Below, one piece after another: positions 16,771 to 26,828 of a stretch of DNA of 64,000 nt. The number at the start of each line of letters is the position of its first letter. The stretch's first letter is position 1. Source of the stretch: an uncultured Prevotella sp. (GTDB lineage Bacteria; Bacteroidota; Bacteroidia; Bacteroidales; Bacteroidaceae); NCBI GenBank assembly GCA_900319305.1, contig ONNY01000010.1:16391-80390 (forward strand). Direction: 5' to 3'. The translations under genes and the position numbers were made by a program. The notes below the pieces were generated by a model that saw only the letters and a program-made list of their open reading frames with translations, did no database searches and was not told the origin of the DNA.

Positions 16771-16843
16771 TACACCCGCAGAGGCTCGAACTCTGGACAC
16801 CCTGATTAAGAGTCAGGTGCTCTACCAACTGAGCTACGGGTGC
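16771..16843 (-). tRNA. tRNA-Lys(CTT)
   Basis: GCACCCGTAGCTCAGTTGGTAGAGCACCTGACTCTTAATCAGG...GTTCGAGCCTCTGCGGGTGTA. Confidence 0.95.
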
Positions 16844-16857
16844 AAAGCATAAAAAAG

Positions 16858-16930
16858 TACACCCGCAGAGGCTCGAACTCTGGACACCCTGATTAAGAGT
16901 CAGGTGCTCTACCAACTGAGCTACGGGTGC
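16858..16930 (-). tRNA. tRNA-Lys(CTT), identical tandem copy
   Basis: Same sequence as 16771-16843. Confidence 0.95.
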
Positions 16931-17006
16931 ATTTTCTTTTTTGCGGGTGCAAAGGAACTTTTTATGGAAATTCTTTCAAAAAAGTTGTATCTGCAGGCGT
17001 TTCGCC

Positions 17007-18488
17007 TCATTGACGGGTGGCGTGGAAGCCTTCAAGGTTCTCATAACGCCGTTGCATCATGCGCTTATAGATGTTTCGGATCCAAAGCGGATGCAGTGCA
17101 ACCAGTACCAATCCCAGCAGAATCATGAAGATGTAAGTGGGGGTCTCACCTGCCAAAGCGAAGCCTGTGCTGACGATGATGCCTGGGGAACAGAGGGCCA
17201 CCATCTCGATGACGATCTGCCAGCCGTTTTCGATGTTGGAACCATTGGTGATCTTCAACTGGAGGGGAATCGTCTGTTTGTTATAGACTGCCAACTGGAA
17301 GAGGATGAAGTGGACCAGTCCTGCCGTGAGACTCATATAGGCAAAGATCATGAGCCAGGTGAACTTGCCTGTGAAGACGGCTGGCAACATGATGAGGAAG
17401 GGGATGAGCAGGGCGATGGTGTAGAACCAGAACTTGGCCTTGAGCAGGGCGATGATGTTCTCCTCGTGAACCATGAGCAGGTCGATGTAGTTGCCCTCCT
17501 GTCCCATAAACTTCGTGAGAGAGGCAACACCAAAGAGGGCAAAGCAGTAGATGCACCAGAAGTTGGTCATGAACGTGCTGTTATACACATCGGTATAGGC
17601 GGTGAGTGAGGAGAAGACAACGATCAGTGAGAGGATCATGATGCATCGGCTCCGCATGGCCTTGTTGCGCATGTTCGACTTGATCTCTATCTTCAGGTAT
17701 TCGCCAACCAGTCCGAAACGGTTGAGGAAGCCGAACTGCGAGATATGCTTCAGGGCATGCTCCTTCTTCTTGGAGATCTCCTCATAGATGAACCGGAACT
17801 GGAGAATGCGGTTGAGGAAGAAGAGCCCGACGAGACAGGCGATCAGGACAGGCAGTAGCCACCCGCTGCGTCCGAAGGCAGAATAGAGGTCGAGCATCTT
17901 AGAGAAGGTGTCGGTATCGAACTTCATCAGCAACGGCCAGAAGGGGATCAGATAGAACACCACCGAGGCGAGGAACCACAGGACGTTGCGATTGATGAGG
18001 GTGCGGAAGAACAGATAGACCTGACTGTTGAGCATGATGAGCAACTGACAGCCCACAAGTTCGATCACTACAGGCCAGAAGCCAGCCCCTGCGATGAGGA
18101 TGATAAACGAGTAGGGCAGGAACATCGCGAGCCACAGGAAGTTGTAACCGCTGAAGTGGGAGGAGATGAGGAAACACTCGATGGCCGTATAACGCGAGAT
18201 CGGCTGCAGGATATAAGGTTTCACCATCACACCCGGTGTGGTCTGGAAGATGAAGCGCAGCAGATAGTCGATGATCAGGATGACGGGCATCATCGACACC
18301 ATCACACCGGCATAGCCATCGGCTGTCATCGCGATGATGATACCATATATAATAAGGTAAAGAGCGAAGACTGCTCCTCCGAAATAGAGGAGTGCCTTCG
18401 CCCATTTGCTCTGTTCAAACAGCGGACTGCGACGGGTTCTCAGACTGTTGTTCCTGCGCAGGAGCCGATATAGTTGGAATCTGTTCAT
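17007..18488 (-). CDS. Polytopic membrane protein (DUF5687-like, ABC-permease-like)
   Basis: 493 aa, many TM segments, KPY.L.PI and R.Y....GF..TR motifs. Confidence 0.7.
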   Translation of the reverse strand: MNRFQLYRLLRRNNSLRTRRSPLFEQSKWAKALLYFGGAVFALYLIIYGIIIAMTADGYAGVMVSMMPVILIIDYLLRFIFQTTPGVMVKPYILQPISRYTAIECFLISSHFSGYNFLWLAMFLPYSFIILIAGAGFWPVVIELVGCQLLIMLNSQVYLFFRTLINRNVLWFLASVVFYLIPFWPLLMKFDTDTFSKMLDLYSAFGRSGWLLPVLIACLVGLFFLNRILQFRFIYEEISKKKEHALKHISQFGFLNRFGLVGEYLKIEIKSNMRNKAMRSRCIMILSLIVVFSSLTAYTDVYNSTFMTNFWCIYCFALFGVASLTKFMGQEGNYIDLLMVHEENIIALLKAKFWFYTIALLIPFLIMLPAVFTGKFTWLMIFAYMSLTAGLVHFILFQLAVYNKQTIPLQLKITNGSNIENGWQIVIEMVALCSPGIIVSTGFALAGETPTYIFMILLGLVLVALHPLWIRNIYKRMMQRRYENLEGFHATRQ

Positions 18489-18503
18489 GAAGTCGGTAAG
18501 GCG

Positions 18504-19100
18504 TTATCGCAGATCGATGACCTCAGCCTTGGGGAAGTCCTTGGCATTGAAACGGAACTCAGAATCGGCAATCTTCGACTTCGAGAGGTTGGAGATGTTG
18601 AATTCTGTCCAACTCTTTCCCTGCAGGAGTTTCACCTGTGTGGGATGATAGCTCTGTTTGTCGATGGTGATGAAGAGTTCCTTGATCTTCTTGTCCTTCG
18701 CGGTAGAAGTCAGGTGAACCACATAGGAGTTGCCCGTGGTATTGAGGGTGCTCGTGTAGCCGTTCTTATAGAGGTTGATGAAGTTGTAAGGGTTGATGGT
18801 CTGCAACTGTGCCTCTGTGGGATTGCTGACATTCACTTCCTCGTTGTCCTTCATATAAGTCCACATGGTCTTGCCGTCGAACCAGACGGTAGCCTTCGGT
18901 GTGGTGGCGTGGAACTTCTTGCCTTTGATGAGGATGGTGCCAGAGGCGTTACCGATGCCTCCCACCATTCTGAAGTTGGCCTTGACGCCTTCTTTCACTG
19001 TGATGTTGGCCGCAGCTTTATCGAGTACACTCTTTGCGGTCTGTGCCATAGCGGCGGTACTGATGAGTGCCGCCAGAATCAGAAAACAAATCTTTTTCAT
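18504..19100 (-). CDS. lolA: LolA-like lipoprotein carrier
   Basis: Signal peptide; WFDGKT.WTY, EV.V..P, INP, VIDLR; downstream of ftsK. Confidence 0.8.
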   Translation of the reverse strand: MKKICFLILAALISTAAMAQTAKSVLDKAAANITVKEGVKANFRMVGGIGNASGTILIKGKKFHATTPKATVWFDGKTMWTYMKDNEEVNVSNPTEAQLQTINPYNFINLYKNGYTSTLNTTGNSYVVHLTSTAKDKKIKELFITIDKQSYHPTQVKLLQGKSWTEFNISNLSKSKIADSEFRFNAKDFPKAEVIDLR

Positions 19101-19140
19101 TTTACCTTTTTATCTTTTTACCTTTTTACTTTTTTACCTT
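19101..19140. repeat. Octamer tandem repeat (TTTAYYTT x5)
   Basis: tttacctt tttatctt tttacctt tttacttt tttacctt. Confidence 0.85.
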
Positions 19141-21614
19141 TATCTAAGATTACTAAGTAAGTTGTTCAGACTGACTTCGTCGAGAACCATCACCTCACGC
19201 GGCTTGCTGCCCATAGCGGCACCGACAACACCGGCCTTCTCCAACTGATCCATCAGACGACCTGCACGGTTATAGCCGATGGCGAACTTTCGCTGGATGA
19301 GGGAGGTGGAACCACTCTGGTTGCTGACAATCAGACGGGCGGCATCCTCGAAGAGGGGATCGAGGTGGGTGAGATCGACGTCGGCAGACTCGCCACCGCC
19401 CATATCGCTCTCTTCCATCTTCGGCTCCGGCAGTTCGTAAGGTCCACCGTAGCCTTGCTGGGAGGCAATGAACTTGTTGATGTCCACCACCTCTGGTGTA
19501 TCCACGAAGGCACACTGCACACGGATGGGATCGTTGCCCTGCAGATAGAGCATATCACCACGTCCGATGAGTTGGTTGGCACCCATACGGTCGAGAATGG
19601 TCTTGGAGTCAATGCCCTGACTCACCTTGAAGGCAATACGTCCGGGGAAGTTGGCCTTGATGGTACCGGTGATGATGTTTGTGGTAGGACGCTGGGTAGC
19701 GATGATCATGTGGATACCTACGGCACGTGCCTTCTGGGCGATACGGGCGATAGGCAGCTCGATCTCCTTACCAGCCGTCATGATCAGGTCACCATACTCA
19801 TCGATGACCACCACGATGTAAGGCATATAGCGATGTCCCTTCTCGGGGTTGAGTTTGCGCTCCTTGAACTTCTTGTTGTAGTCCTTGATATTTCGCTCAC
19901 CGGCTGCCATCAGCAGTTCGTAACGGGCATCCATCTCCACACAGAGTGAATTCAGGGTGCGGACCACCTTGGTGGTATCGGTGATAATCGGACTGTCCAC
20001 CTCTTCAGGAAGGGCTGCGAGGAAGTGGCGCTCGATGGTCTTATAGACGCTGAACTCCACCATCTTGGGATCGACGAGCACGATCTTCATCTCGGCAGGA
20101 TGCTTCTTATATAATAAAGAGGTAAGGATGGCATTCAGACCGACAGACTTACCCTGACCTGTGGCACCAGCCACGAGGAGGTGAGGCGCCTTGGCCAAGT
20201 CGAACATGAACACCTCGTTGGTGATGGTCTTACCCATCGCACAAGGCAGTTCCATCGTGGTCTCCTGGAATTTCTTCGAGTTGAGGATCGATTCCATCGA
20301 CACCACACTGGGTTTGGCATTCGGTACTTCGATTCCCACCGTTCCCTTACCAGGAATCGGCGCAATGATACGGATGCCGAGTGCTGAAAGCGACAGGGCG
20401 ATATCATCTTCGAGTGAACGGATCTTAGAGATACGGACACCTGCAGCGAGGGTGATCTCATAGAGGGTGATGGTAGGACCAACGGTAGCCTTGATGCTGG
20501 AGATCTCGACACCGAAGGTACGGAGCACTTCCACGATACGGTTCTTGTTGGCATTCTGCTCCTCCATATCGATATAGGGCTTGCCGTCGTTATCATATTT
20601 CTTCAGCAGGTCGAGTGTCGGATACTTATAGTTCTCGAGGTCGCGCTTGGGATCGTAGGGCTCCAAGTCCTCAAGGGAGGGCGCCACTGTCATTGTGTCG
20701 GCTGCAGCTTCTCCTTGAGCCACTTCAATCTCCATTCCCACTTCATCGGCAGCGGCAGGAGCGATTGGGGCTGCTGCAGGGATCTCAGGGTCCTGTTTAT
20801 ACACCTGATCGATGATGACGGCCTTATCGTTCTCGCGGAACTCCACTTCCTGCGGGGCTGGATCATCGTAAACCAACGGCTCTTCTTCTGGTTCAAGGTC
20901 GTCAACGATCTGCTGCTCGTAAGAATCCACTTTCTCGTTAGGATCGTTGTTGGTAATCTTGAACTTCACCTTGTCGAGGAACCTGGTGGGGTTCAAGATC
21001 TTACGGACGAAGAAGATCGTCTCGGCACTGATATAGGTGAGGAAGGCGAGGGCAGTGAGTATGATGAGCGCCGTCAAGCCTGGTGCACCCACGAGATTCT
21101 CGATATACTGACAGATATAGGCCCCATGATCTCCACCGGGATTGAAGCAGGCATCGGTCATGAAGGGTGCCAGGAACTTTGCCAAGGAGATGGAAGCCCA
21201 GATCATCAGTACCATCAAGGAGAGGAACCACTTGAGCAGGTTGACCTTGAAAGCACGGATGAGATTGGTACCTAACAACAGGATGAAGACAGGGATGAGG
21301 AAAGCGGGCAGACCGAAGCAGCGCTTGATGAAATACCAAGAGGCATAGGCGCCGACGCTGCCACAGGTGTTGCTGAACTCATGATGGGCATTCATCACTT
21401 CGCCATCGCGAGGATCTTCTATCAGACTCTGGTCGGCTGCTCCTGTAGAGAAGTAGGAGATAAAGGCCAGGATGAGATAGATTGCCACACACACAAGGAT
21501 ACAGCCGAGCACAAAATTCAGCTTCTCGTTATGGAAAATATCTTTGAATCCTAAAACATTTGTCAGGTTAAAGCCACTATTTTTCGACTTAGACTCACTC
21601 TTTTTCTTAGCCAT
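19140..21614 (-). CDS. ftsK: DNA translocase FtsK
   Basis: N-terminal TM domain, HLLVAGATGQGKS, gamma domain IGYNRAGRLMDQLE. Confidence 0.97.
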   Translation of the reverse strand: MAKKKSESKSKNSGFNLTNVLGFKDIFHNEKLNFVLGCILVCVAIYLILAFISYFSTGAADQSLIEDPRDGEVMNAHHEFSNTCGSVGAYASWYFIKRCFGLPAFLIPVFILLLGTNLIRAFKVNLLKWFLSLMVLMIWASISLAKFLAPFMTDACFNPGGDHGAYICQYIENLVGAPGLTALIILTALAFLTYISAETIFFVRKILNPTRFLDKVKFKITNNDPNEKVDSYEQQIVDDLEPEEEPLVYDDPAPQEVEFRENDKAVIIDQVYKQDPEIPAAAPIAPAAADEVGMEIEVAQGEAAADTMTVAPSLEDLEPYDPKRDLENYKYPTLDLLKKYDNDGKPYIDMEEQNANKNRIVEVLRTFGVEISSIKATVGPTITLYEITLAAGVRISKIRSLEDDIALSLSALGIRIIAPIPGKGTVGIEVPNAKPSVVSMESILNSKKFQETTMELPCAMGKTITNEVFMFDLAKAPHLLVAGATGQGKSVGLNAILTSLLYKKHPAEMKIVLVDPKMVEFSVYKTIERHFLAALPEEVDSPIITDTTKVVRTLNSLCVEMDARYELLMAAGERNIKDYNKKFKERKLNPEKGHRYMPYIVVVIDEYGDLIMTAGKEIELPIARIAQKARAVGIHMIIATQRPTTNIITGTIKANFPGRIAFKVSQGIDSKTILDRMGANQLIGRGDMLYLQGNDPIRVQCAFVDTPEVVDINKFIASQQGYGGPYELPEPKMEESDMGGGESADVDLTHLDPLFEDAARLIVSNQSGSTSLIQRKFAIGYNRAGRLMDQLEKAGVVGAAMGSKPREVMVLDEVSLNNLLSNLR

Positions 21615-21708
21615 ATTTGTCTTATTTCATAATTTTGTTGCAAAAGTAGTCGAAAAAACTTAGATTTCATCAAAAAATGATGATTTTTTTGTAATTTTGC
21701 ACCAAGAA

Positions 21709-22374
21709 ATGAAAAAGTTGATATATAACAAGTTCGATAAGCCTACAATTGCGACCCTGAAAAGAGTTGGATACAATGGCAAGATCGTCGTCATCAATTC
21801 GCCTGCAGAAGCGGAGACGGCGGTGGACTATCTGCTGGCTCAGTCTGTGCTGGGACTGGACACAGAGACACGTCCGTCGTTCACGAAAGGCAAGCATTAT
21901 AAATGTGCCTTGCTGCAGGTGGCGAACCAGTCGATTTGCTTCCTGTTCCGTTTGAACTATATCGGGATGTGTCCCGCTGTGGCCAGACTCTTGGAGGACA
22001 AGAAGGTGACAAAGGTAGGATTGGCTTGGAAGAACGACCTGCTGGCACTGCGGGAACTGGGTGAGTTTCAGCCAGGTTCCTTCGTGGATCTGCAGGATAT
22101 GGTAAGAGAGTTAGGTATTGAGGACCAGAGTCTGGTGAAGATCTATGCCAACCTGTTTGGTGAACGTATCAGTAAGGCTGACCGTTTGTCGAACTGGGAA
22201 AGGGATATTCTGAAAGACACCCAGAAGACCTATGCCGCCATCGATGCCTGGGCATGTGTCCGCATCTATGAAGAGGTGTTGAGACTGAAGGAGTCAGGCG
22301 ACTACGAACTGGTTGTCAGAGCAGAAGAAAGTAAGCAAGAACATGATGAAACAGATATATCTGAAGCGCGGTAA
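21709..22374 (+). CDS. 3'-5' exonuclease (DEDDy, WRN/RNase D-like)
   Basis: GLDTET, LLQ, FVDL, SNWE, YAAIDAW. Confidence 0.9.
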   Translation: MKKLIYNKFDKPTIATLKRVGYNGKIVVINSPAEAETAVDYLLAQSVLGLDTETRPSFTKGKHYKCALLQVANQSICFLFRLNYIGMCPAVARLLEDKKVTKVGLAWKNDLLALRELGEFQPGSFVDLQDMVRELGIEDQSLVKIYANLFGERISKADRLSNWERDILKDTQKTYAAIDAWACVRIYEEVLRLKESGDYELVVRAEESKQEHDETDISEAR

Positions 22375-23518
22375 GGAAGAGAGTCTGCTGCGTTTTCATC
22401 CCTGGGTGTTCTCTGGTGCCATCCAGCATGCAGACCAGGGCATCGAAGAAGGTGAGATCGTCCGTGTGATGAAGAATAACGGCGATTTTATCGCGATAGG
22501 GCACTATCAGGCCGGTTCCATCGCCGTGAGAGTGCTGTCATTCCGTGATGTGCCCATCGACGATCAGTTCTGGGCCTCACGTCTGGCTTCGGCCTTGAAG
22601 ATGAGACAGGCTATCGGCATTGCCGATAATCCCGATAACAACACCTATCGTTTGGTTCATGGTGAGGGCGATCTGTTGCCAGGTCTCGTGATCGACGTCT
22701 ATGGTAAGACCGCCGTGATGCAGGCTCACAGCATTGGTATGCACCTGTGTCGTAAGGCCATTGCCACCCAACTGGTACAGGTGATGGGAGGCAGACTGGA
22801 GAACATCTACTATAAGAGTGAGACCACGTTGCCGTTTATGGACGATATGGAGAACGGTTTCCTCTATGGTGGTTCGGAAGATAATGTGGCCGTAGAGAAT
22901 GGTTTGAAGTTCTATGTGGACTGGCTGCGCGGTCAGAAGACGGGTTTCTTCGTGGATCAGCGTGAGAACCGTTCGATGCTGGAGCGTTTTGCCAAAGGAA
23001 AGAAGGTGCTGAATATGTTCTGTTATACCGGTGGATTCTCGTTTTATGCGATGCGGGGCGGGGCAGAGTTGGTACATTCGGTAGATAGCAGTGCGAAGGC
23101 CATCGAACTGACGAACCGCAATGTGGAATTGAATTTCCCAGGCGATCAGCGTCATCAGGCCTTCTGTGAGGATGCGTTCAAGTATCTGGAACAGGCTGGC
23201 GACCAGTATGACCTGATCATTCTCGATCCGCCCGCCTTTGCCAAGCACCGTGGTGCGCTCCATAACGCACTGAAGGGTTATACCCGTCTGAATAATAAGG
23301 CGTTCCAGAAGATCCAGCCTGGTGGTATCCTCTTTACCTTCAGTTGTTCACAGGTGGTGACGAAGGATCATTTCCGTAATGCGGTGTTTACGGCTGCCGC
23401 CCAGGCAGGGCGTAAGGTGAGGATCCTGCACCAGTTGCATCAGCCTGCCGATCATCCTATCAATATCTATCACCCTGAGGGTGAGTATCTGAAAGGACTC
23501 GTGCTATATGTTGAATAA
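22343..23518 (+). CDS. rlmI: 23S rRNA m5C1962 methyltransferase (RlmI-like)
   Basis: HPWVFSG, GEGD.LPGL, GQKTGFF.DQR, DPPAF, FSCS. Confidence 0.88.
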   Translation: MMKQIYLKRGKEESLLRFHPWVFSGAIQHADQGIEEGEIVRVMKNNGDFIAIGHYQAGSIAVRVLSFRDVPIDDQFWASRLASALKMRQAIGIADNPDNNTYRLVHGEGDLLPGLVIDVYGKTAVMQAHSIGMHLCRKAIATQLVQVMGGRLENIYYKSETTLPFMDDMENGFLYGGSEDNVAVENGLKFYVDWLRGQKTGFFVDQRENRSMLERFAKGKKVLNMFCYTGGFSFYAMRGGAELVHSVDSSAKAIELTNRNVELNFPGDQRHQAFCEDAFKYLEQAGDQYDLIILDPPAFAKHRGALHNALKGYTRLNNKAFQKIQPGGILFTFSCSQVVTKDHFRNAVFTAAAQAGRKVRILHQLHQPADHPINIYHPEGEYLKGLVLYVE

Positions 23519-24836
23519 AGTTGCTGATTTCATCGCGAAGCACGGACTTCTGAGTCGTGAGGGACTGCATCTTGTGGCTCTGAGTGGTGGGGCAGACAGT
23601 GTGGCGCTGCTGCTGATCCTGAAGGATCTCGGCTATCGCATTGAGGCTGCACATTGCAATTTTCATCTGAGAGGTGAGGAGAGCAATAGGGATGAGGAAT
23701 TTGTGAAGAAACTCTGTGAAGAGAAAGCTATTCCGATTCATTTAATTCACTTTGACACAAAGGAATATGCAGCCTTGCATCAAGTAAGCATTGAAATGGC
23801 TGCGAGAGAACTGAGATATGGTTATTTCCGACAACTCAGGCAAGATATAGGGGCAGAGAAGGTGTGTGTGGCCCATCATCGTGATGATGCTGTAGAGACC
23901 TTGCTGATGAACCTGATGAGAGGAAGTGGTGTTCACGGACTGACAGGTATCAGAGTCCATCATGATGAGATCGTGAGACCATTGCTGGCGTTGAGTCGTC
24001 AGGAGATTGAGGATTATCTCCATTCCATCGGACAGTCTTATGTGACAGACTCTACGAATCTGGTGGATGACGTTTTGAGGAATAAAATCCGATTAAATGT
24101 GCTGCCTTTGTTGGAACAGATCAATCCGAACGTGGCAGAGAACATCGGTAAAACCGCCCGTTTCATGCAGGAGACGGAGAAAGTGGTGGAGGCTGCCATC
24201 AGACAACAGCAGGAAACACTCATCGAGTGTGATGCGAAGAAGAAAACAGAAGCAGTAGCCATCGAGGCACTAATAAAATTACCATCGCCAGAACTGTTTC
24301 TCTATGAATGGTTGGCAAAGAAGGGATTCAATACCACTCAGATTGAACAGTTGACTGAGCATCTGGAGGGTGTATCGGGTAGGGCGTTTGAGACGCCAGA
24401 CTATACCTTATTGATAGACAGGAAGCATCTGATTCTGGCGCCAAGGAAAGCGCCGATGAAGTCGCTCAGGATTCCTGAGGAAGGACGTTATCGTCTGGAT
24501 GAGGAATACTGTTTTGATGTTAAGACGATTGAAAATATATCTATTTCAAAGACAGAAGATTGTATCACAATTGATAAAGCAAAGGTAAAATTCCCGCTGA
24601 CTGTCAGACCAGTAGAGAACGGGGATGCGTTTATACCCTTTGGGATGACAGGCAGAAAGCTGGTGAGTGATTACCTGACAGACAGGAAATGCTCATTATA
24701 TGAGAAACAGCGTCAGTTGGTGGTGACAGATCATGAAGGACAGATCATCTGGCTTGTCGGGAAAAGGACTGATAACAGAGTCAGTGTGACGGAGCAGACA
24801 ACTGAGGTTTTGCAAATAGCTCTGATCAGATCATAA
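23508..24836 (+). CDS. tilS: tRNA(Ile)-lysidine synthetase
   Basis: SGGADS, AARELRY, AHHRDD..ET, RPLL, RNKIR. Confidence 0.96.
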   Translation: MLNKVADFIAKHGLLSREGLHLVALSGGADSVALLLILKDLGYRIEAAHCNFHLRGEESNRDEEFVKKLCEEKAIPIHLIHFDTKEYAALHQVSIEMAARELRYGYFRQLRQDIGAEKVCVAHHRDDAVETLLMNLMRGSGVHGLTGIRVHHDEIVRPLLALSRQEIEDYLHSIGQSYVTDSTNLVDDVLRNKIRLNVLPLLEQINPNVAENIGKTARFMQETEKVVEAAIRQQQETLIECDAKKKTEAVAIEALIKLPSPELFLYEWLAKKGFNTTQIEQLTEHLEGVSGRAFETPDYTLLIDRKHLILAPRKAPMKSLRIPEEGRYRLDEEYCFDVKTIENISISKTEDCITIDKAKVKFPLTVRPVENGDAFIPFGMTGRKLVSDYLTDRKCSLYEKQRQLVVTDHEGQIIWLVGKRTDNRVSVTEQTTEVLQIALIRS

Positions 24837-24870
24837 ATGATCATAATATAGTAATTAAAATATAAAAGGT

Positions 24871-25911
24871 ATGAAACAGACGATTTTGGTGACTGGTGGT
24901 ACTGGCTTTATCGGAAGCCATACAACAGTAGAACTGCAGGAAGCAGGTTATGAGGTGGTGATTATCGATAACCTCTCGAACTCTAATGAGAATGTGATTG
25001 ACGGTATTGAGAAGATCACAGGCATCCGTCCTGCGTTCGAGAAGGTGGACTGCTGTGATTATGATGCACTGGAGGGTATCTTCAAGAAGTATCCGAAGAT
25101 TGAGGGTATTATTCACTTTGCAGCCTCAAAGGCTGTCGGTGAAAGCGTGGAGAAGCCGTTGATGTACTATCGCAACAACCTCATGAGTTTGATTAATCTG
25201 CTGGAACTGATGCCCAAGTATGATGTCAAGGGTATCATCTTCTCATCAAGTTGTACCGTCTATGGTCAACCCTCAAAGGAGAATCTGCCTGTGACGGAGA
25301 ATGCGCCTATCCAGAAGGCCATGAGTCCTTATGGTAACACCAAACAGATTAACGAGGAGATCATTCAGGACTATATCCACTCAGGGGCGCCCATCAAGAG
25401 TATCATCCTGCGTTACTTCAATCCGATTGGTGCACATCCCACAGCACTGATTGGTGAGTTGCCCAATGGTGTGCCCATGAACCTGATTCCGTTTGTGACA
25501 CAGACAGCGATGGGTATTCGCAAGCAGTTGAAGATCTTCGGAAACGACTATAACACACCTGACAAGACTTGTATCCGCGACTATATCTATGTGGTAGATC
25601 TGGCCAAGGCTCACGTCAAGGCAATGGAGCGAGTACTCGACAAGCCTGAGACGGATGCTGTAGAGGTGTTCAATATCGGTACAGGTAAGGGTCTCTCAAC
25701 CTTAGAGGTTGTTCAGGGCTTCGAGAAGGCTACAGGCGTGAAGGTGAATTGGGAATATGCACCACGTCGTGAAGGTGATATCGAACAGGTATGGGGTAAT
25801 GTTGACAAAGCCAACAAGGTGTTGGGCTGGAAGGCTGAGACACCTACGGAAGAGGTACTGAAGAGTGCCTGGAAGTGGCAAGAGAAACTCCGTAAGGACG
25901 GTATCCAATAA
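24871..25911 (+). CDS. galE: UDP-glucose 4-epimerase
   Basis: GGTGFIG, KAVGES, YGNTK, LRYFNPIG. Confidence 0.96.
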   Translation: MKQTILVTGGTGFIGSHTTVELQEAGYEVVIIDNLSNSNENVIDGIEKITGIRPAFEKVDCCDYDALEGIFKKYPKIEGIIHFAASKAVGESVEKPLMYYRNNLMSLINLLELMPKYDVKGIIFSSSCTVYGQPSKENLPVTENAPIQKAMSPYGNTKQINEEIIQDYIHSGAPIKSIILRYFNPIGAHPTALIGELPNGVPMNLIPFVTQTAMGIRKQLKIFGNDYNTPDKTCIRDYIYVVDLAKAHVKAMERVLDKPETDAVEVFNIGTGKGLSTLEVVQGFEKATGVKVNWEYAPRREGDIEQVWGNVDKANKVLGWKAETPTEEVLKSAWKWQEKLRKDGIQ

Positions 25912-25954
25912 AAAAATACGGCTCGAAAGAACCGTAATTTGTGTTTGTGTTGTG

Positions 25955-25984
25955 AATGGACTTCGATGTGAATCGAGGTCCATT
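25955..25984. terminator. Hairpin terminator between galE and ispE
   Basis: AATGGACTTCGAT-gtga-ATCGAGGTCCATT. A second small hairpin lies at ~25915-25940. Confidence 0.7.
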
Positions 25985-25993
25985 TCTTTCACG

Positions 25994-26827
25994 TCACAAA
26001 GCCAAGCAGGTCTTGAAAGTGCCTTCCTCGTTGAAGTCACTAAGATCTACCGGTGAACGGAACAACCCAAACAAACTACTGCCGGAGCCAGACATCGCCG
26101 CATAGACGGCCCCCATATCGTAGAGACGATCCTTGATGGCACCGATCTCCGGGTGAATGGCGAAGACACTCTTCTCAAAGTCGTTGGTGAGCAGACCACG
26201 CCAAGTCTCCACAGGCTGCATCACGACATCACGACAGTTGTGTGCCGGATGACAAGGGGTGATGAGTGAGAATGCCTCTTTCGTAGAGACGGGGATAGCA
26301 GGGCGCACGATAGCCAGGTACCAGCCTTTCAGATCCAGATCTACAGGCTGCATCTTCTCACCGATACCCTCAGCATAGACGGGACGATTGACGATGAAGA
26401 AAGCACAGTCGGCTCCCAACTTGGCGGCATAATCGATCATCTGCTGCTCAGAGAGGCCGAGGTTGAACTGACGGTTCAGCAGTGTAATCATAAAACCACA
26501 ATCGCTGGAACCTCCGCCCATGCCTGCCTGTGTAGGAATACCTTTATAAAGATGTGTGTGAATACGTGGCAGCGTAGGGAAGTCCTGTTTCAGAAGATGA
26601 TAGGCCTTCACCACCAGATTTTTCTGTTCATCGCCCTCGATATGGAGGTTAGTGACTTTCAGATCGCAATCAACATCTGAAGGAAACTGCGGATCCATCG
26701 GGAATACCTCCAGTGCATCACAGATGGGTACTGGATAAAACACGGTCTCAAGGTTGTGATAACCATCGGAACGTTTCTCTACGACATTCAGTCCAAGATT
26801 AATCTTGCAGATTGGAGCTGTCAACAT
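25994..26827 (-). CDS. ispE: 4-(cytidine 5'-diphospho)-2-C-methyl-D-erythritol kinase
   Basis: KINLGL, DGYH.LET, IP..AG.GGGSSD, MSGSGS; ATG at 26827. Confidence 0.95.
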   Translation of the reverse strand: MLTAPICKINLGLNVVEKRSDGYHNLETVFYPVPICDALEVFPMDPQFPSDVDCDLKVTNLHIEGDEQKNLVVKAYHLLKQDFPTLPRIHTHLYKGIPTQAGMGGGSSDCGFMITLLNRQFNLGLSEQQMIDYAAKLGADCAFFIVNRPVYAEGIGEKMQPVDLDLKGWYLAIVRPAIPVSTKEAFSLITPCHPAHNCRDVVMQPVETWRGLLTNDFEKSVFAIHPEIGAIKDRLYDMGAVYAAMSGSGSSLFGLFRSPVDLSDFNEEGTFKTCLAL

Positions 26828-26828
26828 A

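Noticed and set aside
16771-16930. Duplicated tRNA-Lys as attL/attR
   Set aside because: Both copies are complete and only 14 nt apart, with no cargo: an ordinary tandem tRNA pair.
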